Program-made: the position numbers and the translations under genes
Shown: one piece after another, positions 42,301 to 58,200 of the stretch
Layout of the letters: each line of letters begins with the position of its first letter
Position numbering within the stretch: position 1 is the stretch's first letter
Origin: Eledone cirrhosa
Taxonomy: Eukaryota
DNA: 64,000 bases
Assembly: GCA_964016885.1 (NCBI GenBank)
Contig: OZ024744.1
Location: 123,070,001 to 123,134,000 of the forward strand
Direction: 5' to 3'
Notes under the pieces: generated by a model
What the model was told of the DNA's origin: nothing
Databases searched by the model: none
The model's input: the letters and a program-made list of their open reading frames with translations, nothing else

Positions 42301-45300
42301 ATCAACATACCAATATACCAACATACCAACACACCAACATACCATCATACCAGCATACCAACATACCAACACACCAACATACCAACCTACCAAAACTCAT
42401 CATTCCAACTTACCAACACACCATCACAGCAACACAACAACAAACCAACACATCAACATACCAACACACCAACATACCAATACACCAACATCCCAACATA
42501 CCAACATAACAACATACCAACATAACAACGTACCAATATTCCCACATACCAACATATCAACACACCCACATACCAACATACCAACATTCAAACATACAAA
42601 CATACCAACATACCAATACAGCAACATACCAACATAAGAACATACCAACATACCAATATTCCAACATACAAACACACCAACATACCTACATACCAACACA
42701 TCAATATTCCAATGTACCAACACACCAACATACGAACATTCAAACATACCAAATACCAACATACCAACATACCAATATACCAACATACCAACACACAAAC
42801 ATACCAACATACTACGTAACAACATACCAACATACCAACATACCAACACACAAATATACCAACACATCAACATACCAACACACCAACATATCAACACAAC
42901 AACATACCAACATACCAACATACCAACATACTAACACATAAACATAGCAACATTCCAACAGACCAACACACCACTATGCAACATTCCAACACACCAACAT
43001 ACCAACATACCAACATACCAACACACAAACATACCAACATACTTACGTACCAACATACCGACACACCAACATACCAACACACTAACATACCAACACACCA
43101 ACATACCAACATACCAACGTACCAATATACCTGCATACCAACATACCAACAGACCAAAATACCATCGTTCCAAAATACAAACACACCAACACACCAATGT
43201 ACCAACATACCAACATACCATCATACCAACATACCAACATACCAACATACCAACACGCCAACATACCAACACACCAACATACCAACATACCAACATACCA
43301 ACACACCAACACACCAACACACCAACATACCAACATACTAACATACCAACATACCAACATACCAATATACCAAGACACAAACATACTAACACACCATCAT
43401 ACCAACACACCAACACACAAACACATCAACCTACCAACATACCAACACACGAACACACCAACATACCAACACACCAACATACCAACATACTAACATACCA
43501 ACATACTAACATAGCAACATACCAACATAAGAACATACCAACACACCAACATACCAACATATCAACTTACTAACACACCAACCTACCAACATACCAACAT
43601 ACCAACACTCCAACACACAATCATACCAAGACACCAACATACCAACATACCTACATACCAACACACCAACACACCAACATACAGACACACAAACATACCA
43701 ACATTCCAACATACGAACACAACAACATGCCAACATACCAACACACCAACACACCAACATACCCACATACCAACAGACCAACATACCAACATATGAAGAT
43801 ACTAACATATCAAGGTACCAACATACCAACATATAACACAACAACATACCAACATAGCAACATACCAACATACCAACATACCCACATACCAACACACCAA
43901 AATACCAACATAACAACAGACCAACATTCCAAAATAACAACATACCAAGATACCAAAATACCAACATACTTACATACCAACATACCAACATACAGACATA
44001 CCAACAAACCAACACACCAACACACCAGCATACCAAAAAACCAACATTCCAAAATACCAACATGCCAACATACCAACATACTAACCTACCAACATACCAA
44101 CATACCAACATACCAAGATACCAACATACCAACACACCAACATACCATCATACCAACACATCAACATTCCAAAATACCAAGATACCAAGATACCAACATA
44201 CCAACATACTTACATACCAACATACCAACATACAAACATACCAACATACCAACACACCAACATACCAACACACCAACATACCAACATTGCAACAGACCAA
44301 CATACCAACATACCATCATTCCAAAATTCCAACACACTACTATACCAACATACAAACACACCAACATACCAACATACCAACATACCAACACACCAACATA
44401 CCAACACACCAACATACCAACTTAGCAACATATCAACATACAAACACACCAACATAACAACATAACAACATACCAACTCACCAACACACTAACATACCAA
44501 CATAACAACAGACCAACACACCAATACACCAACATACCAACATACCAACATCAGTACATAACCACACACCAACATACCAACACACCAATATACCAACACA
44601 CCAACACACCAACATACCAACATACAAACATACCAACATACCAACACACCAACACACCAACATACCAACATACTAACATACCAACATACCAACACACCAA
44701 CACACCAACACACCAACATAACAACATAACAACATACCAACTCACCAACACACAATCATACCAAGACACCAACATACCCACATACCAACAAACCAACATA
44801 CCAACGTACGAACACACTTACACATCAACATAACAACTTACCAACATATAACACAGCAACATACTAACATACCAACACACCAAAATACCACCATACCAAC
44901 ATCCCAACTTTCCAACATACCAACATACCATCATACCCACACACCAACACACCAACAATCCAACATACCAACATTCCAAAATAACAACATACCAAGATAC
45001 CAAGATACCAACATACTTACATACAAACATACCAACATACCAACACACCAACATACCACCATACGATCATACAAACATACCAACATACCAACACACCAAC
45101 ACACCAAAATACAACATACCAACAAACCAACACACCAACACACCAGCATACCAACATACCAACATACCAACATTCCAAAATACCAACATACCAACATACC
45201 AACATATTAACCTACCGACATACAAACATACCAACATAGCAACATACCAACACACCAACACACCAACATACCAACACACCAACATACCAACACACCAACA

Positions 45301-48300
45301 TTCCAAAATACCAACATACCAACATACCAACATACCCACATAGAAACATACCAACGCACAACATACCAACATACCAACATACGAACATACCAACACATCA
45401 ACATACCAATATACCTACATACCAAAGTTCCAACATACCAACATACCGACATACCAATATGCCAGCATACCAACACACCAACATACCAACATACCAACAT
45501 ACCCACATATCAACACACCAACACACCAACATACCAACATACCAACATACCAACACACCAACACACCAACATACCATCACACCCACATACCAGCACACCC
45601 ACATACAAACATACCAACATACCAACACACAAATATACCAACACATCAACATACCAACACACCAACATATCAACACAACAACATACCAACATACCAACAT
45701 ACTAACACACTAACACACCCACATACCAACTTACCAATATTCCAACATACAAACATACCAACATACCAACACAGCAACATACCAACATAAGAACATACCA
45801 ACATACTAACACACCAACATACAAACACACCAACATACCTACATACCAACACATCAACACACCAACATGCCAACATACCAACACACCAGATACCAACACA
45901 CCAACACACAATCATACCAAGATACCAACATAGCAACAGACCAGCATACCAACACACAAGCATACCAACATTCCAACGTACGAACACACCAACACACCAA
46001 CATTCCATCATACCAACATACCAAGATACCAACATACCAACAAACCACCATACGAACATACTTAGATAGCAACATTCCAACAAAACAACATACCAACATA
46101 CCAACACTCCAACACGCCATCATACCAACATACTAATATACCAACATACCAACATACCAACATACCAACACATCAACATATCAACATACCAACATACAGA
46201 CATACCAACATACCAACACAGCAACATACCAACATACCAAAACACCAACACCAAAATACAACATACGAACAAACAAACAAACCAACACACCAGCATACCA
46301 ACATACCAACATTCCAACATACCAACACAAAAACATACCAGCACACCATCATACCAACACAACAACACACCAACACACCAACATACCAACACACCAACAC
46401 GCCAACATAAGAGCATACCAACATACCAACATTCCAACATACCAACATACCAACATTCCAACATACCAACATACCAACATACCAACATACCAACATACCA
46501 ACATACCATAATACCAACACACCAACACACACACCAACATACCAACATACCAACATACCAATATACCAAGATACCAACATACCAACATTCCAACATACCA
46601 ACATACCAACATACCAACACACCAACAAATCAACATACCAACATACCAACATATCAACACATCAACACACCAACATACCAACATACCAACATACGAAGGC
46701 ACTAACACACCAACATTCCAACATACCAACGTACCAACATACCATCACACCAACGTACCAAAATACCAGCATACCAACATATCAACATACCAATATACCA
46801 ACATACCAACACACCAACATACCATCATACCAGCATACCAACATACCAACACACCAACATACCAACCTACCAAAACTCATCATTCCAACTTACCAACACA
46901 CCATCACAGCAACACAACAACAAACCAACACATCAACATACCAACACACCAACATACCAATACACCAACATCCCAACATACCAATACCATACCAACATCC
47001 CAACATACCATACGAACATACTTAGATAGCAACATTCCAACAAAACAACATACCAACATACCAACACTCCAACACGCCATCATACCAACATACTAATATA
47101 CCAACATACCAACATACCAACATACCAACACATCAACATATCAACATACCAACATACAGACATACCAACATACCAACACAGCAACATACCAACATACCAA
47201 AACACCAACACCAAAATACAACATACGAACAAACAAACAAACCAACACACCAGCATACCAACATACCAACATTCCAACATACCAACACAAAAACATACCA
47301 GCACACCATCATACCAACACAACAACACACCAACACACCAACATACCAACACACCAACACGCCAACATAAGAGCATACCAACATACCAACATTCCAACAT
47401 ACCAACATACCAACATTCCAACATACCAACATACCAACATACCAACATACCAACATACCAACATACCATAATACCAACACACCAACACACACACCAACAT
47501 ACCAACATACCAACATACCAATATACCAAGATACCATCATACCAACATTCCAACATACCAATATACCAACATACCAACACACCAACAAATCAACATACCA
47601 ACATACCAACATATCAACACATCAACACACCAACATACCAACATACCAACATACGAAGGCACTAACACACCAACATTCCAACATACCAACGTACCAACAT
47701 AGCAATATTCCAACATACCATCACACCAACGTACCAAAATACCAGCATACCAACATATCAACATACCAATATACCAACATACCAACACACCAACATACCA
47801 TCATACCAGCATACCAACATACCAACACACCAACATACCAACCTACCAAAACTCATCATTCCAACTTACCAACACACCATCACAGCAACACAACAACAAA
47901 CCAACACATCAACATACCAACACACCAACATACCAATACACCAACATCCCAACATACCAACATAACAACATACCAACATAACAACGTACCAATATTCCCA
48001 CATACCAACATATCAACACACCCACATACCAACATACCAACATTCAAACATACAAACATACCAACATACCAATACAGCAACATACCAACATAAGAACATA
48101 CCAACATACCAATATTCCAACATACAAACACACCAACATACCTACATACCAACACATCAATATTCCAATGTACCAACACACCAACATACGAACATTCAAA
48201 CATACCAAATACCAACATACCAACATACCAATATACCAACATACCAACACACAAACATACCAACATACTACGTAACAACATACCAACATACCAACATACC

Positions 48301-51300
48301 AACACACAAATATACCAACACATCAACATACCAACACACCAACATATCAACACAACAACATACCAACATACCAACATACCAATATACTAACACACTAACA
48401 CACCCACATACCAACATACCAATATTCCAACATACAAACACACCAACATACCTACATACCAACACATCAACACACCAACATACCAACATACTAAAACACC
48501 AACATACGGACACACCAGATAACAACACACCAACACACAATCATACCAAGATACCAACATAGCAACAGACCAGCATACCAACACACAAACATACCAACAT
48601 TCCAACATACGAACACACCAACACACCAACACACCAACATTCCATCATACCAAGATACCAACATACCAACAAACCACCATACGAACATACTTAGATAGCA
48701 ACATTCCAACAAAACAACATACCAACATACCAACACTCCAACACGCCATCATACCAACATACTAATATACCAACATACCAACATACCAACATACCAACAC
48801 ATCAACATACCAACATACAGACATACCAACATACCAACACAGCAACATACCAACATACCAACAGAGCAACATACCAACATACCAAAACACCAACACCAAA
48901 ATACAACATACGAACAAACAAACAAACCAACACACCAGCATACCAACATACCAACATTCCAACATACCAACACAAAAACATACCAGCACACCATCATACC
49001 AACACACCAACACACCAACATACCAACACATCAACACGCCAACATAAGAACATACCAACATACCAACATTCCAACATACCGACATACCAACATACCAACA
49101 AATCAACATACCAACATACCAACATATCAACACACCAACATACCAACATACCAACATACGAAGGTACTAACACACCAACATTCCAACATACCAAGGTACC
49201 AACATACCAATATTCCAACATACCATCACACCAACGTACCAAAATACCAGCATACCAACATATCAACATACCAATATACCAACATACCAACACACCAACA
49301 TACCATCATACCAGCATACCAACATACCAACACACCAACATACCAACCTACCAAAACTCATCATTCCAACTTACCAACACACCATCACAGCAACACAACA
49401 ACAAACCAACACATCAACATACCAACACACCAACATACCAATACACCAACATCCCAACATCCCAACATACCAACATAACAACGTACCAATATTCCCACAT
49501 ACCAACATATCAACACACCCACATACCAACATACCAACATACCAACATTCAAACATACAAACATACCAACATACCAATACAGCAACATACCAACATGAGA
49601 ACATACCAACATACCAATATTCCAACATACAAACACACCAACATACCTACATACCAACACATCAATATTCCAATATACCAACACACCAACACACCAACAT
49701 ACGAACATTCAAACATACCAAATACCAACATACCAACATACCAATATACCAACATACCAACACACAAACATACCAACATACTACGTAACAACATACCAAC
49801 ATACCAACAGACCAACACACCAACATACCAACACACTAACACACCAACATACCAACATACCAACACACAAACATACTAAGACACCATCATAACAACATAA
49901 AAACACACCAACACATCAACATACCAACTTACCAACACATCAACATACAAACACACCAACATACCAACATACCAACATACTAACATTCTAACATATTAAC
50001 ACAGCAACACACCAACATACCAACATACCAAAATACCGACATAGCAACACACTAACACACCCACATACCAACATACCAACATTCCAACATACAAACATAC
50101 AAACATGCCAACACAACAACATACCAACATAAGAACATACCAACATGCCAACACAACAACATACCAACATACCAACATACCAACACACCAACAAATCAAC
50201 ATACCAACATACCAACATATCAACACATCAACACACCAACATACCAACATACCAACATACGAAGGCACTAACACACCAACATTCCAACATACCAACGTAC
50301 CAACATACCATCACACCAACGTACCAAAATACCAGCATACCAACATATCAACATACCAATATACCAACATACCAACACACCAACATACCATCATACCAGC
50401 ATACCAACATACCAACACACCAACATACCAACCTACCAAAACTCATCATTCCAACTTACCAACACACCATCACAGCAACACAACAACAAACCAACACATC
50501 AACATACCAACACACCAACATACCAATACACCAACATCCCAACATACCAATACCATACCAACATCCCAACATACCATACGAACATACTTAGATAGCAACA
50601 TTCCAACAAAACAACATACCAACATACCAACACTCCAACACGCCATCATACCAACATACTAATATACCAACATACCAACATACCAACATACCAACACATC
50701 AACATATCAACATACCAACATACAGACATACCAACATACCAACACAGCAACATACCAACATACCAAAACACCAACACCAAAATACAACATACGAACAAAC
50801 AAACAAACCAACACACCAGCATACCAACATACCAACATTCCAACATACCAACACAAAAACATACCAGCACACCATCATACCAACACAACAACACACCAAC
50901 ACACCAACATACCAACACACCAACACGCCAACATAAGAGCATACCAACATACCAACATTCCAACATACCAACATACCAACATTCCAACATACCAACATAC
51001 CAACATACCAACATACCAACATACCATAATACCAACACACCAACACACACACCAACATACCAACATACCAACATACCAATATACCAAGATACCATCATAC
51101 CAACATTCCAACATACCAATATACCAACATACCAACACACCAACAAATCAACATACCAACATACCAACATATCAACACATCAACACACCAACATACCAAC
51201 ATACCAACATACGAAGGCACTAACACACCAACATTCCAACATACCAACGTACCAACATAGCAATATTCCAACATACCATCACACCAACGTACCAAAATAC

Positions 51301-54300
51301 CAGCATACCAACATATCAACATACCAATATACCAACATACCAACACACCAACATACCATCATACCAGCATACCAACATACCAACACACCAACATACCAAC
51401 CTACCAAAACTCATCATTCCAACTTACCAACACACCATCACAGCAACACAACAACAAACCAACACATCAACATACCAACACACCAACATACCAATACACC
51501 AACATCCCAACATACCAACATAACAACATACCAACATAACAACGTACCAATATTCCCACATACCAACATATCAACACACCCACATACCAACATACCAACA
51601 TTCAAACATACAAACATACCAACATACCAATACAGCAACATACCAACATAAGAACATACCAACATACCAATATTCCAACATACAAACACACCAACATACC
51701 TACATACCAACACATCAATATTCCAATGTACCAACACACCAACATACGAACATTCAAACATACCAAATACCAACATACCAACATACCAATATACCAACAT
51801 ACCAACACACAAACATACCAACATACTACGTAACAACATACCAACATACCAACATACCAACACACAAATATACCAACACATCAACATACCAACACACCAA
51901 CATATCAACACAACAACATACCAACATACCAACATACCAATATACTAACACACTAACACACCCACATACCAACATACCAATATTCCAACATACAAACACA
52001 CCAACATACCTACATACCAACACATCAACACACCAACATACCAACATACTAAAACACCAACATACGGACACACCAGATAACAACACACCAACACACAATC
52101 ATACCAAGATACCAACATAGCAACAGACCAGCATACCAACACACAAACATACCAACATTCCAACATACGAACACACCAACACACCAACACACCAACATTC
52201 CATCATACCAAGATACCAACATACCAACAAACCACCATACGAACATACTTAGATAGCAACATTCCAACAAAACAACATACCAACATACCAACACTCCAAC
52301 ACGCCATCATACCAACATACTAATATACCAACATACCAACATACCAACATACCAACACATCAACATACCAACATACAGACATACCAACATACCAACACAG
52401 CAACATACCAACATACCAACAGAGCAACATACCAACATACCAAAACACCAACACCAAAATACAACATACGAACAAACAAACAAACCAACACACCAGCATA
52501 CCAACATACCAACATTCCAACATACCAACACAAAAACATACCAGCACACCATCATACCAACACACCAACACACCAACATACCAACACATCAACACGCCAA
52601 CATAAGAACATACCAACATACCAACATTCCAACATACCGACATACCAACATACCAACAAATCAACATACCAACATACCAACATATCAACACACCAACATA
52701 CCAACATACCAACATACGAAGGTACTAACACACCAACATTCCAACATACCAAGGTACCAACATACCAATATTCCAACATACCATCACACCAACGTACCAA
52801 AATACCAGCATACCAACATATCAACATACCAATATACCAACATACCAACACACCAACATACCATCATACCAGCATACCAACATACCAACACACCAACATA
52901 CCAACCTACCAAAACTCATCATTCCAACTTACCAACACACCATCACAGCAACACAACAACAAACCAACACATCAACATACCAACACACCAACATACCAAT
53001 ACACCAACATCCCAACATCCCAACATACCAACATAACAACGTACCAATATTCCCACATACCAACATATCAACACACCCACATACCAACATACCAACATAC
53101 CAACATTCAAACATACAAACATACCAACATACCAATACAGCAACATACCAACATGAGAACATACCAACATACCAATATTCCAACATACAAACACACCAAC
53201 ATACCTACATACCAACACATCAATATTCCAATATACCAACACACCAACACACCAACATACGAACATTCAAACATACCAAATACCAACATACCAACATACC
53301 AATATACCAACATACCAACACACAAACATACCAACATACTACGTAACAACATACCAACATACCAACAGACCAACACACCAACATACCAACACACTAACAC
53401 ACCAACATACCAACATACCAACACACAAACATACTAAGACACCATCATAACAACATAAAAACACACCAACACATCAACATACCAACTTACCAACACATCA
53501 ACATACAAACACACCAACATACCAACATACCAACATACTAACATTCTAACATATTAACACAGCAACACACCAACATACCAACATACCAAAATACCGACAT
53601 AGCAACACACTAACACACCCACATACCAACATACCAACATTCCAACATACAAACATACAAACATGCCAACACAACAACATACCAACATAAGAACATACCA
53701 ACATGCCAATATTCCAACATACCAACACACCAACGTACCAACGTACCAACATACCATAATACCAACATACCAACACACCAACACATCAAACTACCAACAT
53801 ACCAACATACCATAATACCAACATACCATAATACCAACATACCAACACACCAACACATCAAACTACCAACATACCAACACACAAACACACCAACATAACA
53901 ACACACCAACATATCAACATACTAACATACCAACATACCAACATACCACTTTACGAACACAACAACATGCCAACATACTAACTTACCAACATACCAACAT
54001 ACTAACATACAAACATACCCACATACCAACAAACCAACATACCTACATCCGAACATGCTAACACATCAACATACCAATATACCAACGTACTAACACACCG
54101 AGATACCAACATACCAGCATACAAATATGAGAACATGCTAACACACCAACATACCAACATAACATCAGATCAACATACTTAAATACCAACATACCAACAC
54201 ACCAACATATCAACATACCAACGATCCAAAATCCCAACATACCAAGATACCAACATACCAACATACTTACATACCAACATACCAACATACAAACATACCA

Positions 54301-55240
54301 ACATACAAACCTACCAACATACCAAAACACCAACACACCAACGCACCAAAATACAACATACCAACAAATTAACACACCAACACACCAGCATACCAACATA
54401 CCAACATTCCAACATACCAACACACAAACATATCAACACACCAACACACCAACACACCAACATACCAACATACCAATATACAAACATACCAACATACCAA
54501 TACCGCAATATTCCAACATACCAACATACCAACACACCATCATATCAATACACCAAAACATCAAAATACAACATACCAACAAACCAACACACCAACACAC
54601 CAGCATACCAACACAGCAACATACAAACACACCAACATACCATTATACCAAAACACCAACACACCAACATACCAACATACCAACATTCCAAAATACCAAC
54701 ACACCAACATCCCAACACACCAACATACCAACATACCAACATACTAACATACCAACATACCAACACACAAACATACCAACACACCATCATACCAACACAC
54801 CAACCTACCAACATACCAACACACAAACACACCAACATACCAACATACAAAACATACTAACATACCAACATACCAACATACCAACATACAAACACAACAA
54901 CATACTAACATACCAACATACCAACATAGTAACATACTAACATACCCACATACCAACAAACCAACATACCTACATCCGAACATACTAACACATCAACATA
55001 CCAATATACCAACGTACTAACACACCAACATACCAACATACCAGCATATAAATATACCATCATACCAACACACCAACATACCAACACACCAACACACCAA
55101 CATACCAACACACCAACATACCAACATAACAACGATCCAAAATCCCAACATACCAAGATACCAACATACCAACATACTTACATACCAACATACCAACATA
55201 CCAACATACAAACCTACCAACATACCAACACGGCAACATA
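21380..55240. repeat. 8-bp satellite (ACCAACAT)n / (ACCAACAC)n, ~34 kb, ~4200 units
   Basis: A continuous degenerate octamer with a very G-poor + strand. The consensus has no stop codon in any of the six frames, which explains the hundreds of YQHTNIPT / MLVCWYVG ORFs. Confidence 0.98.
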
Positions 55241-58200
55241 CACTGGTACTAGGGCTAAATATAGTCAGTGTTAACAAACACTGGTATTAAGACTAACTAT
55301 AGTCACTGTTAACAGATAATGGTACTAGGACTAAATATAGTCCATCTTAACAGACACTGGTACTAGGGCTAAATATAGTCAGTGTTAACAAACACTGGTA
55401 TTAAGACTAACTATAGTCACTGTTAACAGATAATGGTACTAGGACTAAATATAGTCCATCTTAACAGACACTGGTACTAGGGCTAAATATAGTCAGTGTT
55501 AACAGACACTGGTATTAAGACTAACTATAGTCACTGTTAACAGACACTGGTACTAGGACTAAATATAGACCATCTTAACAGACACTGGTACTAGGACTAA
55601 ATATAGTCAGGGTTAACAGAAACTGGTACTAGTGCTAACTATAGTCAGTGTTAACAGACACTGGTACTAGGACTAAATATAATCAGTGTTAACAGACACT
55701 GGTACTAGGACTACATATAGTCACTGTTAACAGACACTGGAAATAGGACTAAATATAGTCACTGTTAATAGATACTGGTACTAGGACTAACTACAGTCAG
55801 TGTTAACAGACACAGGTACTAGGACTAAATATAGTCACTGTTAACAGACACTGGTAATAGGACTAAATATAGTCACTGTTAATAGATACTGGTACTAGGA
55901 CTAACTATAGTCAGTGTTAACAGACACTGGTACTAGGACTAAATATAGTCAGTGTTAACAGAAACTGGTACTAGGACTAAATATTGTCAGTGTTAACAGA
56001 CACTGGTACTAGGACTAAATCTACTCAGTGTTAACAGACACTGGTACTAGGACTAACTACAATCAGTGTTAACAGACATTGGTACTAGGACTAACTCTAG
56101 TTAGTGTTAACAGAGACTGGTACTAGGGCTAAATATAGTCAGTGTTAACAGACACTAGTACTAGGACTAAATATAGTCAGTGTTAACAGACACTGGTACT
56201 AGGACTAAATATAGTCCCTGTTAACAGACACTGGTACTAGGACTAACTAGTCAGTGTTAACAGACACTGGTACTAGGACTAACTATAGTCACTGTTAACA
56301 GACACTGGTACTAGGACTAACTACAGTCAGTGTTGACAGACACTGGAACTAGTACTACCTATAGTCACTGTTAACAGACACTGGTACTAGGACTAACTAT
56401 AGTCAGTGTTAACAGATACTGGTACTAGAACTAACTATAGTCAGTGTTAACAGACTGTGGTACTAGGAATAAATGTAGTCAGTGTTAACTCATACCGGTA
56501 CTAGGACTAACTAGTCAGTGTTAACAGACACTGGTACTAGGACTAACTACAGGCAGTGTTAACAGACACTGGTACTAGAACTAAATATAGTCAGAGTTAA
56601 CAGATACTGGTACTAGGACTACCTTTAGTCACTGTTAACAGACACTGGTTCTAGGACTAAATACAGTCAGTGTTAAAATAGGCTGGTACTAGGGCTAAAT
56701 ATAGTCACTGTTAACAGACACTAGTACTAAATATAGTCACTGTTAACAGACACTGGTACTAAGACTAACTATAGTCACTGTTAACAGAAGCTGGTACTAG
56801 GACTAACTACAGTCAGTGTTAACAGACACTAGTACTAAATAGAGTCAGTGTTAACAGACACTGGTACTAGGACTAAATATAGTCACTGTTAACAGACACT
56901 GGTACAAGTACTAACTACAGTCAGTGTTAAGAGATACTGGTACTAGGACTAAATATAGTCAGTGTTAACAGATACTGGTACTAGGACTAAATATAGTCAA
57001 TGTTAACAGACACTGGTACTAGGACGAAATATAGTCACTGTTAATAGACACTGGTACTAGGACTAAATACAGTCACTATTAACAGACACTGGTACTAGTA
57101 CTAACTACAGTCAGTGTTAACAGACACTGGTACTAGGACTAACTACAGTCAGTGTTAACAGACACTGGTACTAGGACTAAATATAGTCACTGTTAACAGA
57201 TACTGGTACTAGGACTAACTATAGTCAGTGTTAACAGACACTGGTACTAGGACTAACTATAGTCACTGTTAAAAGACACTGGTACTAGGACTGACTATAG
57301 TCAGTGTTACCAGACACTGGTACTAGGACTAACTGTAGTCAGTGTTAACAGACACTGGTACTAGGACTAACTACAGTCAATGTTAACAGAGACTGGTACT
57401 AGGACTACCTATAGTCACTTTTAAGAGATACTGGTACTAGGACTAACCCTAGTCAGTGTTAACAAACACTGGTACTAGGACTAACTCTAGTCAGTGTTAA
57501 TAAACACTGGTACTAGGATTAACTACAGTCACTGTTACCTGACTCTGGTACTAGGACACAATTTAGCCACTGTTACAAGACACAGGTACTAGGACTAACT
57601 ATAGTCAGTGTTAACAGACACTTGTACTAGGACTAACTACAGTCAATGTTAACAGACACTGGTACTAGGACTAACTACAGTCAATGTTAACAGACACTGG
57701 TACTAGGGCTAAATATAGTCAGTTTTAACAGACCCAGGTACTAGGACTAAATATAGTCACTGTTAACAGACACTGGTACTAGGACTAACTACAGTCAGTG
57801 TTAACAGACACTGGTACTAGGACTAACTATAGTCAGTGTTAACAGATACTGTTACTAGGGATAAATATAGTCAGTGTTAACAGACACTGGTACTAGGACT
57901 AAATATAGTCAGTGTTAACAGACACTGGTACTAGGACTAACTACAGTCAGTGTTACCAGGCACTAGTACTAGGACTAACTATAGTCAGTGTTAACAGACC
58001 CAGGTACTAGGACTAACTACAGTCACTATTAACAGACACTGGTACTATGGCTAAATATAGTCTGTGTTAACAGACACATGTACTAGGACTAGATATAATC
58101 ACTGTTAACAGAGACAGGTACTAGGACTAAATCTACTCAGTGTTAACAGACACTGGTACTAGGAATAATTCTACTCAGTTTAACCAGACACTGGTACTAG

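Noticed and set aside
21380-55240. Telomeric repeat interpretation of the G/T-rich strand (TATGTTGG)n
   Set aside because: The molluscan telomere repeat is TTAGGG. This array is degenerate, internal and flanked by another satellite.
21244-55277. Hundreds of MLVCWYVG / YQHTNIPT ORFs resembling membrane or mucin-like proteins
   Set aside because: The stop-free octamer gives 8-aa periodic ORFs in all frames on both strands, with no frame preference or splice structure.
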